A stretch of 64,000 nt of DNA from Adineta vaga (lineage: Eukaryota > Animalia > Rotifera), in contig CP075496.1 in the NCBI GenBank assembly GCA_021613535.1, positions 6,138,001 to 6,202,000 of the forward strand, given 5' to 3'. A program made the position numbers and the translations under genes. Numbering within the stretch: position 1 is the stretch's first letter; every line of letters begins with the position of its first letter. The notes beneath the pieces were generated by a model. It saw only the letters and a program-made list of their open reading frames with translations. It did no database searches and was not told where the DNA came from. Shown piece after piece: positions 61,101 through 64,000 of this stretch.

Positions 61101-62703
61101 ATTAATTATTGTTATTAGTAGAAACATTTCTTTTTCTTTTTGCTTTTAGTGAATGTCGCACTTCAGTTTTGTATGTAAGAACAAATTAAATAAGTTTAAG
61201 AAATGTTTCATGCTTGAGAAAAGCAAATGAAAGTTGAACAATTTTCTCAGACTATTTTGTTTCAAATATTTCTAGCGATTTTATAAGAGCATTAGATGAG
61301 TCTTTAATAATGTCCTTGAAATTCTACTAGGAAGTACGGAAATAATGTTATTTCCTCTCTATAATAAGTACGATATTGTTTTGAGACTTTGTCATATGTA
61401 TATCAATGATATTATTACAGATAATGATTCATGTATTTAGACAATATTACTTCCATTCATATAGCACATTTAGTAGGAAAAATCGATCTAACAAATCAAC
61501 TTACATAGATTCTGCATAATTCTATCGAACTCTCGAGTAATCTTATTCATTATAATGATAAGGTGTATAGTATTTTTTATACTGACATGATGAAACTTTA
61601 GTTTTACCGATGTGTATAATAAATAGACGTCTTTTCCGAAAATCTCAGTCCATCAAAACACAGATGTTGAGATAGACTATGACAAAGAGAAATATCTTAC
61701 CTTATCATATCGTTCTCGTTCAAATTGTGCTTTTTTCAGTTGTTTTTCTAAATTGTCCCAATCTACCTGTGGTAATAAACTTTCATTTGTATATAATAAA
61801 TCTGCATCATTGTGTTCATCATCACTCTTATGATCATCGTTATTTGTTTGAAAAGCAAATTCTTGTATAACAGGATTGTCATTATTCAATAATGTGTTTT
61901 GACTAAATATTGAATAGAACAAAAAACTCTTTTAGTAAAGATTCTAGTGTTGTTGTTTTTTTTATTTATTACTTAGTTATTTCTTTATTCCGATTGGAAA
62001 ATAATCGAGATGAAAAAGATGTACTAGTTGGTAATGGTTTATTAAAATCATCATCACCAATTGTAGTTGACGTACCAAATGTTCGTACTACATCAGCAGC
62101 AAGATTTGATAGTTTCTGTTTGATATCATTTGCAAATGTATTATTAGTTTTAAATGAAACTATACGATGTTGACGAGGACGAATTTCTTCCTCATCACTT
62201 GAGACTGAGGATGAGGATGATGTTGATTGATCATAAATATCTCGAGAATTTTGATCATCAACTTCAAATTCATCATCAAAATCGGGATCTTCAGCTGGAG
62301 AAAACACAGGTTTCATTCGTTTTAATGGAGCCAATGGTTTTGATGTTGAATCCTATCGAAAGAAAAGAAGTATAGCTGTATTGTATTTATATAAATATAT
62401 ATATAGAGATTAGTTTACATGTGTAGGTGATTTTACTTCAGGTTTATTTATCTGACGTGAATTAGTATTATGACTGCTATTACGTATTAATTGTTGTGCT
62501 AAATTCAGATAATTGATTTTTTTCACACGTTTGGTAAACGCTTCATCTGTTTCATTTTCATTGCGTATAATTTGATGATCTTTAATGAATTGATTAAGAC
62601 TTGTTGTTGTTGATAAGTCCGTTTTTTGTAAATAATCATGAAGAAAATCGGACGATGAGGATGATTTCTCTTCAGTGATAACATTTTCATTGGATTCACT
62701 CAT
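58200..62703 (-). CDS. SCHIP1: Schwannomin-interacting protein 1-like coiled-coil protein
   Basis: VDWDNLEKQL; DRDEIRRKLAAG; NLQICFVNE; AKMARMQVQIER; MNIGQLQVIVNDLHCQIE; NEELVNLLMERDSLSMEQDSILVDIEDLT. Confidence 0.88.
60246..60268. repeat. (CTT)n microsatellite in a SCHIP1 intron
   Basis: About 7 copies of ctt. Confidence 0.85.
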
Positions 62704-63425
62704 GATTGTTCTATTTATACAACAACGAATACTCAATCAATATATTTAATTATATATACAACAATAAAGAAGAAGAATATGAAGTAGTGACTTGACTTTT
62801 CATCTCATCTCATCTCAAAAGTAAAAGAAATTTAGAAGGATAAAAATGAACCAATAGTAATCAATGAACAAGAAAAGATGTCGCCGATTACTAGATTATG
62901 GAATTATATCATATAGGTGATTTATAAAATATGATACATGGAATATATGTGAGAAGAAACCATATATATCATATTTTATATAATTTTGTTTATTTTTAAT
63001 TCTCTGTCTCTAGCAATTATTCGTGGGCTTATGTGTGAATAGATAAGCCAAATATGTATCAATGGTATTTTAATAATAACATGACTAATAAATAAAATAT
63101 AATTTTGAATATATATTATTAATATTTATGTCTTGAAAAGTATGCCTATACTTCTATGATTTATGGAAAACGAATGTGCTAAGAGGACAATATAAAAATG
63201 TAAATTCATATGATTAAACAGCTCAATGGAATGTGCTAGTGTATGATAGGGAAATAGAAAGAAATAATAACAAGAATCATTGGAAATCAAGTTTGAAGGT
63301 GGATATGAATACAATGCTGTTTCTGTATATATATATATATAGTACACGTCCACATTCATTGCTAAATTGTATACAGCAATAAGATGAGGATATGGATGTA
63401 TTTTTGTTAAAAGTTGATTAAAGTA

Positions 63426-64000
63426 TCAATTGGTATCTTGTGCAATTGCTCTACAATATCGTTCTCCTGATCGTTGCACAATCTGTTGAGCGTTTTCAAG
63501 AATCACTCCATCAGTACCATAGATAGTAAAAGCATCATAAAGTCTATCATAGTTTACAAGTTGTAAATTTTCCATGAGTCGTCTAATTTTTTTTTCATTG
63601 AGTGGAATGTAGTTTAAAAAACTGTGCATGAATGTAACTTGTGTCGAATCCATACAAATTTGAGGATCATCGCCACTTAGTAACACGCCCTTGTGAGATG
63701 CTCCTTCCGGCCAATATAATGCTTGTGAGCCGTCAAAATGTCCACCTGTACGAATAAGTTTCAATTTTCCATCGAATAAATCTTTCGTAGTACCATCCCA
63801 AAATTGAATACATTGATCCGGTCTCACTACCCACGTTTCAAGATCCTTATGAAGATAAATAGGTACGTTACCAAATGCATGACTCCAATCCACCATAGTA
63901 GTAAAAAAATGTGGATGAGAAATGGCAATGGCAGTAAGACCGCCTAATTTATTGATAAAATCGATAGTATTTTGATCGAGGAATGAAATACAATCCCAAA
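63426..64000 (-). CDS. Bacterial/fungal-type MBL-fold metallo-hydrolase, 5' partial, no intron in the visible part (HGT candidate)
   Basis: Frame open to the window edge: WDCISFLDQNTIDFINKLGGLTAIAISHPHFFTTMVDWSHAFGNVPIYLH...GGHFDGS...LLSGD...FMHSFLNYIPL...YDRLYDAF...VQRSGERY. Confidence 0.85.
   Translation of the reverse strand, partial: WDCISFLDQNTIDFINKLGGLTAIAISHPHFFTTMVDWSHAFGNVPIYLHKDLETWVVRPDQCIQFWDGTTKDLFDGKLKLIRTGGHFDGSQALYWPEGASHKGVLLSGDDPQICMDSTQVTFMHSFLNYIPLNEKKIRRLMENLQLVNYDRLYDAFTIYGTDGVILENAQQIVQRSGERYCRAIAQDTN

Overview
Very AT-rich eukaryotic (metazoan) genomic DNA, densely packed with intron-containing genes, most introns being GT-AG and about 50-60 nt. The short introns, gene density, metazoan gene set and one bacterial-type gene fit a bdelloid rotifer, but this is inference. 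I reconstructed about 22 protein-coding genes by hand. In order: a VIYV-repeat orphan, a neuroligin-like carboxylesterase, ABHD13, HERPUD-like, PTEN, SEC14L1-like, NPC1, Smaug/SAMD4, TFIIE-beta, TMEM196-like, a neuregulin-like EGF ligand, a triple-PLAT protein, mitochondrial EF-Tu, a stand-alone lamin-tail-domain protein, a secreted GKR-containing helical precursor, a degenerate C2 protein, RPS25, DCAF7, an intron-containing histone H4 variant, RPL7, SCHIP1-like, and a partial bacterial-type MBL-fold hydrolase. The most interesting signals are: two operon-like tandem pairs with unpaired splice acceptors (candidate SL trans-spliced polycistrons); an intron-containing, poly(A)-type H4 variant; a likely horizontally acquired hydrolase; a neuroligin-like protein with an intact catalytic triad; an orphan secreted amidated-peptide precursor; and a Smaug recognition element in the Smaug 3'UTR. 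At least six single-base frameshifts interrupt otherwise intact genes and are most likely assembly errors. I found no rRNA, tRNA, CRISPR array or intact transposon.
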